Positions 1 to 8,110 of a stretch of 64,000 nt of DNA are shown piece after piece. The DNA is from a bacterium (GTDB lineage Bacteria > Patescibacteriota > Minisyncoccia > Phycocordibacterales > UBA2100), in the NCBI GenBank assembly GCA_016789445.1, contig JAEUQT010000003.1, positions 82,600-146,599 of the forward strand, in the 5' to 3' direction. The position numbers and the translations under genes are program-made. The notes under the pieces are model-generated. The model searched no databases and was not told the origin of the DNA. It worked only from the letters and a program-made list of their open reading frames with translations. Every line of letters begins with the position of its first letter. Position 1 is the stretch's first letter.

Positions 1-292
1 CGTCGTACTCGTTTTCCGGAAGCGCATTCAAAACCGCGCCTCCCGTTTTCAGCGAGAGATCGTATTCGCTTGATGCGCCACCTCTTAGAACGCCAACAAC
101 CGTGCGAGCCATGAAAAACGCGCCAGAATTTCCCATCTACATCGTTGCGGGTCCCTCCAGGTTCGTCATCGTACATTTTGTACGCCTCCTCACCTGTCTT
201 CCCGCGCCTCGTATCTAGAAAATTCTGATCACGTTTTAAAGTATACCCCACAAAAAAGAAGGACCGGTCGAATGTCGACCGGTCCGTGATGC

Positions 293-487
293 TTAGTGCC
301 GCCGCACGGCGTGAGCATCGAACGCTTCGATCTGTGACGGCGACATCGCCATCAGCATACCGAGCCTGAATTTCGCTTGTTCGTAGAGCGGGGTGTTCGC
401 TTTGACGAGCGCCTTCTCCTCTTCGGTGAGGCGATCGAATGCGGTGCGAACTGCGATGTCATGCGTGGTTGCCATTACGGCCTCCAT
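293..487 (-). CDS. hypothetical small protein (64 aa)
   Basis: ORF-track ORF; no recognisable motif; lies just outside the left boundary of the IS-like unit. Confidence 0.3.
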   Translation of the reverse strand: MEAVMATTHDIAVRTAFDRLTEEEKALVKANTPLYEQAKFRLGMLMAMSPSQIEAFDAHAVRRH

Positions 488-564
488 TCACTGGATCCCT
501 GCCCTCAGTGGACATTAGGATAATTATACACCATTTCGGCGTATTTTGTCAATATCCTAGACGA

Positions 565-587
565 GGGAACTATATACCTATCTACCC
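565..587. repeat. left terminal inverted repeat of the IS-like unit, with 8-bp direct repeat ctagacga at 557-564
   Basis: Read from the sequence; reverse-complement match to 2585-2607. Confidence 0.5.
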
Positions 588-598
588 TAGACGATAAA

Positions 599-778
599 TT
601 ACTTACGTTCCTGCGTCCATTTATTGCCAAATTCGTCGTAGCCCTCTTTTGGCTTACTAAGCTTATCTATCTTCTCTTCCAGATCGTCTATCCGGTCAGA
701 AAGGCTGCCGAGCGCAGCGCGGTGCGCTAAGAAACCGATAAAAGCGACAATTGCAAAAATCCACAGTAGCCACTGCAT
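599..778 (-). CDS. small membrane/coiled-coil protein (59 aa), MQWLLWIFAIVAFIGF...DDLEEKIDKL
   Basis: Hand-translated, below the ORF-track cutoff. N-terminal TM helix then charged helix. Its start lies 1 nt after the stop of the upstream 44-aa ORF; the only purine-rich stretch upstream (aaggtaag) is within that ORF's 3' end. Confidence 0.35.
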   Translation of the reverse strand: MQWLLWIFAIVAFIGFLAHRAALGSLSDRIDDLEEKIDKLSKPKEGYDEFGNKWTQERK

Positions 779-779
779 A

Positions 780-914
780 TCATTTCTTCTTACCTTTTAA
801 TTGCTTCTTGCTCTTATAGCCTGACTTGGCGAGTGCGCCAAGCACCTCATCGAATGAGGCGGGAATGGGTTTATGGATTTTGGGCTTGCGGCCGCGTGTT
901 TCTTTCTTGCTCAT
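780..914 (-). CDS. small Lys-rich protein (44 aa), MSKKETRGRKPKIHKP...KGKKK, translationally coupled to the transposase
   Basis: Its ATG overlaps the transposase TGA stop (ATGA, 911-914). Hand-translated; not in the ORF track. Confidence 0.35.
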   Translation of the reverse strand: MSKKETRGRKPKIHKPIPASFDEVLGALAKSGYKSKKQLKGKKK

Positions 915-1795
915 GCCGTGAGTTTCCTCAAAGGCATTTTACCACTTTTGGCGATACGTCGTGTCGTATCCTCGAATATCGTCTGCATAGGGCTGGTGCG
1001 GTGGTTGAACCGGAACGCCACCTCATCGACGTATCGCTGGAGGTGCTTCTTGCTCATCGAATGATAGGTACCGTGATAGTTACGCTTGAAAAGCGCCCAG
1101 AATGACTCGATAGAGTTGGTGCTGACGGTGCCGCGTACCCAGTGCTTCTTCCCGTGCTTGATATATCCCCACTGATAGCCGAGCTTCGGCAGCTTCGAGT
1201 ACACGCGAGCCTCGTCGGACATAATCTTCGTCTTAGGATGGATGTGCTTGCGGATTGTCGGCAAAAGGGTTTCTGTCCCACGATCGGGAACGGCAACAAC
1301 GCGGATACGGCCACCGCGCTCTGTCATGCCCATAAGCACCTGCTTCTTGCGGAAGCCGTCTTTGCGCTTGTGCTTGCCTCCGAGGTACGTTTCGTCCACC
1401 TCGACAACGCCAAGGAGTTTAGCCTTGGACTGCTTAAAAGACGCGCGGATACGCATATCCATGAACCATGCCGTCTTCTGCGTAACGCCGACATGTGAGG
1501 CGAGTTCGATGCTGGAGATGCCCTTCTTGCGGGTTGTGAGGAGGTAGATGGCGATGAACCATGAACGCATCGGGATTTTGCTCTCTCCGAAGAGCGTACC
1601 GGTCTTGATGGTGAAGTCCTTACGACACTTGTGGCAGCGGTAGCGGATGCCATCGGAGAAGCGCATGATTTGGTTGTGCTTGCAGTGCGGGCAGTAGTCG
1701 CCCTTGGCAAAGCGCATACGTTCAAAGTAGGCGCGGCACGCCGCCTCGTCGGGGAAAGCTGCCATGAACTGGGCGAGGGTCTTAAAGTTATTCAT
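911..1795 (-). CDS. IS1595-family transposase (N-terminal zinc ribbon plus ISXO2-like DDE domain)
   Basis: N-terminal Cys pairs (CPHC...CHKC) and an ISXO2-like DDE core (~294 aa). Confidence 0.9.
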   Translation of the reverse strand: MNNFKTLAQFMAAFPDEAACRAYFERMRFAKGDYCPHCKHNQIMRFSDGIRYRCHKCRKDFTIKTGTLFGESKIPMRSWFIAIYLLTTRKKGISSIELASHVGVTQKTAWFMDMRIRASFKQSKAKLLGVVEVDETYLGGKHKRKDGFRKKQVLMGMTERGGRIRVVAVPDRGTETLLPTIRKHIHPKTKIMSDEARVYSKLPKLGYQWGYIKHGKKHWVRGTVSTNSIESFWALFKRNYHGTYHSMSKKHLQRYVDEVAFRFNHRTSPMQTIFEDTTRRIAKSGKMPLRKLTA

Positions 1796-2299
1796 AGCCC
1801 CATCCTATACTCCCGCTTTAGGGTTGTCAAGTGCTGGAAATAAATATCGCTTCTGCCTGTGGATAAACCCCCTCTATACAAGCGAAAGAGCCTTGCTACG
1901 ATATTGGTAGACAGCTGCGGAGCGGCTTGGTCGCCTACCTCCGTTGTCATAGCTTGCACCGAAACAGACAACCTGTTTCTTACTCTCGGCACAGGATCCA
2001 AAAGACCATGCGCCGATAAGGCGTAACCACCGAAAGGTGCAAGCGCCTGCGCCGGGAGTAAGGGATAGGTTTTTTGAATATCGGAAAAGCGAATACCCCC
2101 GAAGTGGGGGCATTAGCGTAGTTGGTCTGGATTGCCTCTCCTAAAAACGGATAGGGCGGGACGACATGAATCCCGGTACAGAACCTATTATTGCGACTTT
2201 AGGCCTAAAGTCTTCGAAAACAAGTACTTGTACGGCTGACACGTTTTATAGTGCCTCCCCCTCGCGGGCTTCCGCGATCACCTTCAAAAGGTGATACAT

Positions 2300-2384
2300 G
2301 CGTCCGTGGCGAAACTAGGTAAACGCAGTGGATTTGTAATCCACCATCCCCTCGGATTTGCGGGTTCAAGTCCCGTCGGACGCA
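2300..2384 (+). tRNA. class II tRNA (long variable arm, 3-bp D-stem, A73 discriminator); anticodon loop ttTGTaa reads UGU
   Basis: Manual cloverleaf: acceptor gcgtccg/cggacgc, D-stem gcg/cgc with GG in the loop, anticodon stem gtgga/tccac, variable arm atcc-cctc-ggat, T-stem gcggg/cccgt with T-loop ttcaagt. No encoded CCA. Confidence 0.7.
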
Positions 2385-2584
2385 AATATCAACTCTCAAA
2401 GACCATAAACAACAGCCAGTTATCTGACTGTCGCGCACGACTGCTAGTAATTGAACGATCCCGCGGTTCCCCCTTTCAAATCGTTTCCGATTACCACCAT
2501 TGTAGACGAAGGTGGTACATGCGGTAAATAGAGTTATCCACGCGGATTCGGACTATACAACAATCTTCATGCGATTGGAATTAA

Positions 2585-2607
2585 GGGTAGCTATCTATAT
2601 AGTTCCC
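2585..2607. repeat. right terminal inverted repeat of the IS-like unit, with 8-bp direct repeat ctagacga at 2608-2615
   Basis: Read from the sequence; the direct repeat includes the uvrC stop codon. Confidence 0.5.
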
Positions 2608-3867
2608 CTAGACGATGCTGGTCGCTTGTCGTCGCTTACGATGCCACGTAATCGCGAAACGATGCGCCTCAGAATTGGCGAGAAGGATGTCACGTTCAAA
2701 CGATTGTATGGCATTGAGATTGCCGATGAGACGTTCCGGACGATGGCGTTCGTTCTTTACGACACCCACCAGCGGAATGGTGATACCCGCTTTGGAGAGC
2801 ACTTTCTTGGCGGCATTCATCTGTGCCGTCGAGCCATCGACGACGATGACGCGCGGATACTGCCATTCAGGATGAAGTAATCGGCGCGACAAGACTTCAG
2901 TCAGAGCTCCCGGATCGTTGTTGGTGAATCCCTTCACTTTGAATTTGCGATAGGCGCTTTTGAGCGGTTCCCCTTCTTCGACGGCGACCATGACGCCGAC
3001 CGTTTCGGTGCCGGAGGTGTGGGCGACGTCGAATGCTTCGATACGTGCGCCGCGTTGCGGGATGTTGCCGCCGCTGGAGATGCGGGAATCATCCTTGATG
3101 AGCGCGATGTCGTTGATGTGGGTCAGCGCGCCGACCTGACGGCGTGCGCGTTCGGCATCTTCGAATCGTTCTTCTTTGGCAGCCACTTTCATTTCCTTCT
3201 CGAGCTCCTTCACGAGCGTTTTCTTCTTGCCGCTGAAAAGAAGGCAGATGTTGCGGATAGTGATTGCGTATTCCTGCGCATCGGTTTCTCCGGTGCAGAC
3301 GCCAGGGCACAGCCCTATTTGCCTGTTAAAACAGGGACGGCAATTGGCTTTGCCGGACTTGAGTTGTTCCGAGCATGGGGTGCACTTGTCATCGCGATAC
3401 GGGAAGATGCGACGCACGAGCTTCATCGCTTCGCGCAGCGCGAGGCCTTGCGGAAACGGGCCGAAAAGCTGCTTCACCTTCCCTCCCTGCCAGTTGGTGA
3501 AGTATTCACGACCACGCACGACGAGCAGGCGCGGGAATGCTTCTTCGGTCACCACGAGGTAGTTGAAGCTGCGGTTGTTCTTGTCGATGATGTTGTAGGG
3601 CGGCGTGTGCTTCTTGATGAGATTCGCTTCGAGGATCATCGCTTCGAGTACGGAATCCGCTTCTTCCCACGTGATGGTGTCGGCTTCCTGCACCATGGCC
3701 GCGATGGCGGTGGAACGCGATTCCTGAAGGCCGGCATTGAAATAGCTGCGCACGCGGTCGCGCAGCACCGTTGCCTTGCCGATATACAAAATCTTCCCGC
3801 CCTTCTGGAAGCGGTAGATGCCCGGTGTTTCCGGAAGGTCGAATTTTTGGAGGTCATCTTTCTGCAT
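2608..3867 (-). CDS. uvrC: excinuclease ABC subunit C (UvrC), short form of 419 aa that lacks the C-terminal (HhH)2 region
   Basis: N-terminal GIY-YIG (PGIYRF...ILYIGKA), UvrBC-interaction region, RNase H-like endonuclease domain. Confidence 0.9.
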   Translation of the reverse strand: MQKDDLQKFDLPETPGIYRFQKGGKILYIGKATVLRDRVRSYFNAGLQESRSTAIAAMVQEADTITWEEADSVLEAMILEANLIKKHTPPYNIIDKNNRSFNYLVVTEEAFPRLLVVRGREYFTNWQGGKVKQLFGPFPQGLALREAMKLVRRIFPYRDDKCTPCSEQLKSGKANCRPCFNRQIGLCPGVCTGETDAQEYAITIRNICLLFSGKKKTLVKELEKEMKVAAKEERFEDAERARRQVGALTHINDIALIKDDSRISSGGNIPQRGARIEAFDVAHTSGTETVGVMVAVEEGEPLKSAYRKFKVKGFTNNDPGALTEVLSRRLLHPEWQYPRVIVVDGSTAQMNAAKKVLSKAGITIPLVGVVKNERHRPERLIGNLNAIQSFERDILLANSEAHRFAITWHRKRRQATSIV

Positions 3868-4052
3868 GACGACTCAGTGTGCAACACTTGACGCCGCACA
3901 TCAAGCGTTACCTTATTTTTCAGAATCTTCATTTTCCGGCTCTAGCGCTCACCATCCACATCCCCCACTTGCCGCCAATCGCGTGCGGGCGTATATCTGC
4001 GGCAGAAGTCGTCCCGAAGTGGGAACGACCGTAAACGTCCAAGGAGATTGGA

Positions 4053-4406
4053 ATGGACCTACAGAAATGGCTGGTATGGGCGGTAACGCTCGTGGTGCTC
4101 GGCTTCGGTTACTCGATGTGGAGCGGCATGGGCTTTATGGCACTCCTCACGGATTGGTGGCTGGTCGCGCTCCTGAGCGCACTCGTCATCGCGTGGGCGC
4201 CGGACATGACGATCGAGTTCGAGACCGGATCGGCCGACTGGATCGCGTGGCTGCTCGTCATGTGCGTCCTCTTCGGCGCATACGGACTGCTCGCCGGCGG
4301 TGGTGTCCTTGCGCTCTTCACGATGTGGCACTGGGGCGTCGCGCTCGTAAGCGCGCTCGTCATGTACTTCGTCGCCCCGTGGGGCAAGCAGTACATACCG
4401 GCCTGA
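4053..4406 (+). CDS. hypothetical membrane protein (Trp-rich, 3-4 TM)
   Basis: aaggag RBS 7 nt upstream; hydrophobic composition; terminator follows. Confidence 0.55.
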   Translation: MDLQKWLVWAVTLVVLGFGYSMWSGMGFMALLTDWWLVALLSALVIAWAPDMTIEFETGSADWIAWLLVMCVLFGAYGLLAGGGVLALFTMWHWGVALVSALVMYFVAPWGKQYIPA

Positions 4407-4443
4407 AAAAGACGCGCCCGCAGCAGTGCTGCGGGCGTTTCTC
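4405..4443. terminator. bidirectional intrinsic terminator (gcgcccgcagcagtgctgcgggcg flanked by A and T tracts)
   Basis: GC-rich hairpin between convergent genes. Confidence 0.5.
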
Positions 4444-4681
4444 ATAGAGTCGCGAGCGGTACGTGCTTAAGATACTCGCACTGGACACTCGGCGGCAGAT
4501 ACGCGCATCCGCCGGCAACGAAGATACGGTATGCAGCGCGGCCTTCGGAGACCTGATTGTTCTCGAACGCCTTGATGAACACATCTTCGTCTGACACCGC
4601 GCTCAGTTCGCCTCGCAGGAACGCGAGGATTTCCGGGATCGGCGTCAAAAGCCGGGGGTCTTCAAGCGTGATTGCTGACAT
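4442..4681 (-). CDS. hypothetical protein (start taken at MSAITLEDPRLL, 79 aa)
   Basis: gggaaaggg RBS before the internal ATG; the ORF track gives a longer form to 4708. Confidence 0.4.
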   Translation of the reverse strand: MSAITLEDPRLLTPIPEILAFLRGELSAVSDEDVFIKAFENNQVSEGRAAYRIFVAGGCAYLPPSVQCEYLKHVPLATL

Positions 4682-4813
4682 CTGCGGTCCCTTTCCCTGT
4701 AGGAGCAATCTAAAAATGCACTATACCCGCTTGCAGTCATTTTTCAAGGTACCGCTGGACAACGGCTGCGCGAAGCATATGCTGCCAGCGGGACTAACCA
4801 ACGGAGGAAAAAG

Positions 4814-5068
4814 ATGAATAATCTGCTCGAAGGAGCGAGGGATGTCGCCATCGGACTCGTCGTGTACGCAACAGGCGTCTTCCTGGTGATACTCATCGGA
4901 CAGTTCCTGACGCCCAAGGGCGTCCTGTCGATGGCACCGGTCTACACCTGGCTCGCGTACATCAGCCGACCGGACATCCTCGTTACCATGATCGGTGCTG
5001 GGATCGCGGTCAAATACGCATCACAGCTCTCGTGGGCACACTCATCTGAACCTAATAGGAGGAAATAA
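4814..5068 (+). CDS. hypothetical small membrane protein (84 aa)
   Basis: ggagga RBS; two predicted TM helices. Confidence 0.5.
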   Translation: MNNLLEGARDVAIGLVVYATGVFLVILIGQFLTPKGVLSMAPVYTWLAYISRPDILVTMIGAGIAVKYASQLSWAHSSEPNRRK

Positions 5069-5074
5069 GTCCTA

Positions 5075-5110
5075 GGCCCGCGGCCCGCACGCTAGCGGGC
5101 CTTTTATTTT
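5075..5110. terminator. bidirectional intrinsic terminator (ggcccgc...gcgggcc followed by ttttattttt)
   Basis: Hairpin plus T-tract between the 4814 ORF (+) and uvrA (-). Confidence 0.6.
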
Positions 5111-7740
5111 TTCTTCTTCGTACGCTTCGCGAGCTCGCGCTTGAGGTACGTGCCAGTGTGGGAGCCTGTTTTTTCCGCGACTTGCTCCGGAGTGCCCTTC
5201 GCGACGATCCTGCCGCCATTGGAACCGCCTTCAGGACCGAAATCGACGAGATAGTCGGCGGATTTCAGGACATCGAGATTGTGTTCGATGACGACCACGG
5301 AATTACCCCGATCGACGAGACGCTGGAGGATCTCGATGAGCTTCGCGACGTCGTCGTAGTGCAATCCCACGGTAGGCTCGTCGAGGAGGTACATGGTCTT
5401 CGTCTGGTGCGGACGATACAGTTCCGACGCGATCTTCACGCGCTGCGCTTCTCCGCCGGAGAGCGTCGTCGCGCTCTGCCCGAGCTCGAGATACGAGAGG
5501 CCGACATCCATGAGGGTCTGCAGACGATCAGAGATTGCCGGGATGTCTTGGAAGAATTCGGTCGCTTCCTCCACCGTCATCTTCAAGACGTCGTGGATGC
5601 TCTTCTTCTTGAACTTCACATCGAGCGTCTCTTTCATGAATCGCTTGCCGTTGCAGACATCGCACGTGACGTAGACCGTCGGGAGGAAGTGCATTTCCAC
5701 CGCGACCATACCGTTCCCTTCGCACGCTTCGCAGCGGCCGCCTTTGCGGTTGAATGAGAATCGCGACGGACCCCATGCGCGTGCTTTTGCCTCCTCCGTC
5801 ATCGCGAAGAGATCGCGGATGTGCGTCCATGCGCCGGTGTAGGTAGCAGGGTTCGATCGCGGCGTGCGGCCGATCGGCGATTGATCTATCAAGATACTGC
5901 GGCCGAGGTACTCGGTGCCGGAAAACTCTGCAACGTTGTACTGCTTCGCGGTGCGGAAGCGCTTATCGAAACGGGCCTGCAGGTTGCGATGGAGGATCTC
6001 GTAGAGGAACGTGGATTTACCGGAGCCGGAGACGCCGGAGATGACGACGAGTTTGCCGAGCGGGATCTCGACATCCTGATTCTGGATGCTGAACTTCGTC
6101 GCGCCTTTTATCTTGATCTTTCCCTTATCCTGCGTGCGGCGCTCCTTCGGGACTTCGACGCGGACTTCGTCACGTAGGTATGCAAGCGTGCGCGAGCCGG
6201 ATTTGTTCGTCTTCGCGGTAAGGAGATCTTCCAGCCACCCATCGGCGACGATGTTGCCACCGTGCGTTCCGGCGCCGGGGCCGATATCCACGATGTAATC
6301 AGCGGCGAAAATGGTGTCTTCGTCGTGCTCGACGACAAGGACGGTGTTTCCTAAGTCGCGCAGACGCTTGAGTGTCTCGATAAGGCGATCGTTGTCTCTC
6401 TGATGGAGACCGATGGTCGGCTCATCCAAGACATAGAGCGCTCCCACGAGACCGGAGCCGAGCTGTGACGCAAGACGGATGCGCTGCGCTTCCCCGCCGG
6501 AGAGGGTGTTTGCCTTACGATCGAGGGTGAGGTACTCGATGCCGACGTTGAGCATGAATTGGACGCGGCTGGAGATCTCCTTGATGACCGCCTTCGAGAT
6601 CTCCATCTCTTTTTCACTCAACTGAAGCGCATCGAAAAACTTCTTTGCGTCCTCGATCGACATCGAGCTCACTTCGACGATGTTCTTACGGGATTCCTCC
6701 TTCCCCTTCGTGTACAGGTAGACGTGAAGCGCTTCGTTGCGCAGACGCGCGCCCTTGCAGGTCTCGCACGGCTCATCGCTCCAGATGTACTTGGTGCCGA
6801 TACCGTTACAGGTCGGGCACGCGCCGTACGGCGAGTTGAATGAAAAGAGACGCGGTTCGACTTCCGGAAATGAGAAGCCATCGTACGGGCACATGAACTT
6901 CGCGGAGACGATCTTGCCTTCGCCTCCCGGCTCATAGATCTTTACGAGCCCCTCGGCCTCGTGGAGCGCGCGCTCGATCGCTTCGGAGGCGCGTTCGCGG
7001 GTTCCCTTCGGATCGTCATTGAATTCGCTGACGAAGATCTCATCGACGATGATGTCGATGTCGTGCTTGAAGTTCTTTTTCAGTTCCACTCTCTGACGGA
7101 GAGAGTGCTCATTGCCGTCGATGATCGCTTTCTCAAAGCCCTTGTTGAGCATATCGTAAAGGAGCTGGTAGTACTCGCCCTTACGGCCGACGACCATCGG
7201 TGCGGCGATGCGGATTTTTGCCTTGGAAACTCCTGACGTAAGCGCTTCAGGATTCGCTTTCTTGAGTGCCTTCGAGGTCTTCTCGACGGATTTCAAGATG
7301 GAATCGAGGATTTCTTCATTCGTGAGCTTGCGGACCTCGCGATCACAGATCGGGCAGTGCGGATGACCCACGCGCGAGTAGAGGACGCGGAGGTAGTCGT
7401 AGATTTCGGTGATGGTCGCGACCGTGGATCGCGGGTTGTTGGAGCGGGACTTCTGGTCGATGGAAATCGCCGGTGAAAGGCCGCTGATCTCGTCGACATC
7501 CGGCTTCTGCATCTGGCGGAGGAATTGTCGCGCGTAGGCGGAGAGCGATTCGACGTACTTGCGCTGACCTTCCGCGAAGATGGTATCGAACGCGAGTGAT
7601 GACTTCCCCGAGCCCGAAAGGCCGGTGAATACGATCATTGTGCCGCGCGGCATCTCCACACTCACGTTCTTGAGATTGTGCGTGCGGGCGCCCTTCACGA
7701 TGATGCTGCCTTCCGTAGTGTGTTTCTTGTTCTTTTCCAT
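5104..7740 (-). CDS. uvrA: excinuclease ABC subunit A (UvrA); start reassigned to the internal Met (MEKNKK...)
   Basis: Two ABC ATPase modules (GLSGSGKSS, GVSGSGKST), zinc-finger Cys clusters, signature motifs. The N-terminal 58 codons of the track ORF are not UvrA-like. Confidence 0.95.
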   Translation of the reverse strand: MEKNKKHTTEGSIIVKGARTHNLKNVSVEMPRGTMIVFTGLSGSGKSSLAFDTIFAEGQRKYVESLSAYARQFLRQMQKPDVDEISGLSPAISIDQKSRSNNPRSTVATITEIYDYLRVLYSRVGHPHCPICDREVRKLTNEEILDSILKSVEKTSKALKKANPEALTSGVSKAKIRIAAPMVVGRKGEYYQLLYDMLNKGFEKAIIDGNEHSLRQRVELKKNFKHDIDIIVDEIFVSEFNDDPKGTRERASEAIERALHEAEGLVKIYEPGGEGKIVSAKFMCPYDGFSFPEVEPRLFSFNSPYGACPTCNGIGTKYIWSDEPCETCKGARLRNEALHVYLYTKGKEESRKNIVEVSSMSIEDAKKFFDALQLSEKEMEISKAVIKEISSRVQFMLNVGIEYLTLDRKANTLSGGEAQRIRLASQLGSGLVGALYVLDEPTIGLHQRDNDRLIETLKRLRDLGNTVLVVEHDEDTIFAADYIVDIGPGAGTHGGNIVADGWLEDLLTAKTNKSGSRTLAYLRDEVRVEVPKERRTQDKGKIKIKGATKFSIQNQDVEIPLGKLVVISGVSGSGKSTFLYEILHRNLQARFDKRFRTAKQYNVAEFSGTEYLGRSILIDQSPIGRTPRSNPATYTGAWTHIRDLFAMTEEAKARAWGPSRFSFNRKGGRCEACEGNGMVAVEMHFLPTVYVTCDVCNGKRFMKETLDVKFKKKSIHDVLKMTVEEATEFFQDIPAISDRLQTLMDVGLSYLELGQSATTLSGGEAQRVKIASELYRPHQTKTMYLLDEPTVGLHYDDVAKLIEILQRLVDRGNSVVVIEHNLDVLKSADYLVDFGPEGGSNGGRIVAKGTPEQVAEKTGSHTGTYLKRELAKRTKKKK

Positions 7741-7826
7741 ACCCGAAACGGCCCCCTGTCTGAGATAGGGGGTACGTGGGACCACTATAGCATACGAGGA
7801 CCCTTGGAAGAGTCCTCGCTGGTTTC

Positions 7827-8048
7827 CTAGGCGGCCTGTTCCTGAGTGCTCGCGATACATTCTGACGGGAGCCAGTGATTGATGATCGATCCCTCGAATC
7901 TGACGGCAAACCATTCTATGCCGTCAACATCCTCAGAATCGACCACCTCGACACGTGCTCCTACCTTGGCGACCTGCGGCATGCCGCGATGATGCTTCGC
8001 CAACGTACCACGCCTCGGGATCGTCGATCCGTCTGCGTTTTCGTCCAT
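7827..8048 (-). CDS. hypothetical small protein (73 aa) upstream of uvrA
   Basis: Strong aaaggagg RBS 7 nt before the ATG. Confidence 0.45.
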   Translation of the reverse strand: MDENADGSTIPRRGTLAKHHRGMPQVAKVGARVEVVDSEDVDGIEWFAVRFEGSIINHWLPSECIASTQEQAA

Positions 8049-8110
8049 GAAAGATCCTCCTTTCGAACGATGCGCGTACTATAACCGCCTGAGCGGTGCT
8101 TCATTTTGAT

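Larger units (their letters stand above)
565..2607. mobile_element. IS1595-family insertion sequence, extended unit (about 2.04 kb): transposase, two small coupled ORFs, structured non-coding region and a tRNA, between terminal inverted repeats
   Basis: IR-L 565-587 (gggaactatatacctatctaccc) is the reverse complement of IR-R 2585-2607 (gggtagctatctatatagttccc) at about 20 of 23 positions. Both are flanked by the identical 8-bp direct repeat ctagacga (557-564 and 2608-2615). An 8-bp TSD is the IS1595-family hallmark. Confidence 0.45.

Noticed and set aside
1-290. Short ORFs on both strands at the window start (for example minus-strand MYDDEPGGTRNDVDGKFW... with a ggagg RBS)
   Set aside because: Both candidate frames have odd composition and are cut by the window edge, so there is not enough evidence to call a gene.
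1850-2290. RNase P RNA
   Set aside because: Only loose matches (ccgaaaggtgc..., acagaacc). The universally conserved P4 strands (AGTCCGG / CCGGCTTA-like) are absent, so it is not called. An Rfam scan would settle it.
2094-2384. tmRNA (ssrA) candidate: a run starting GGGGGCAUUAGCG...UCUGGAUUGCC upstream of a tRNA-like 3' end
   Set aside because: The 3' element is a complete cloverleaf tRNA with its own acceptor stem (gcgtccg/cggacgc) that does not pair with the GGGGG 5' end. No tag-peptide ORF ending in a typical ...AA stop was found.
2608-3867. IS insertion having truncated uvrC (which would explain the missing HhH domain)
   Set aside because: The uvrC stop codon lies inside the 8-bp duplicated target sequence, so the same stop would exist in the reconstructed empty site. 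The short UvrC is native.
7741-7914. N-terminal 58-codon extension of uvrA given by the ORF track
   Set aside because: The extension has no UvrA similarity and overlaps the RBS-supported small ORF region. The conserved UvrA N-terminus begins at MEKNKK...IVKGARTHNLKN.
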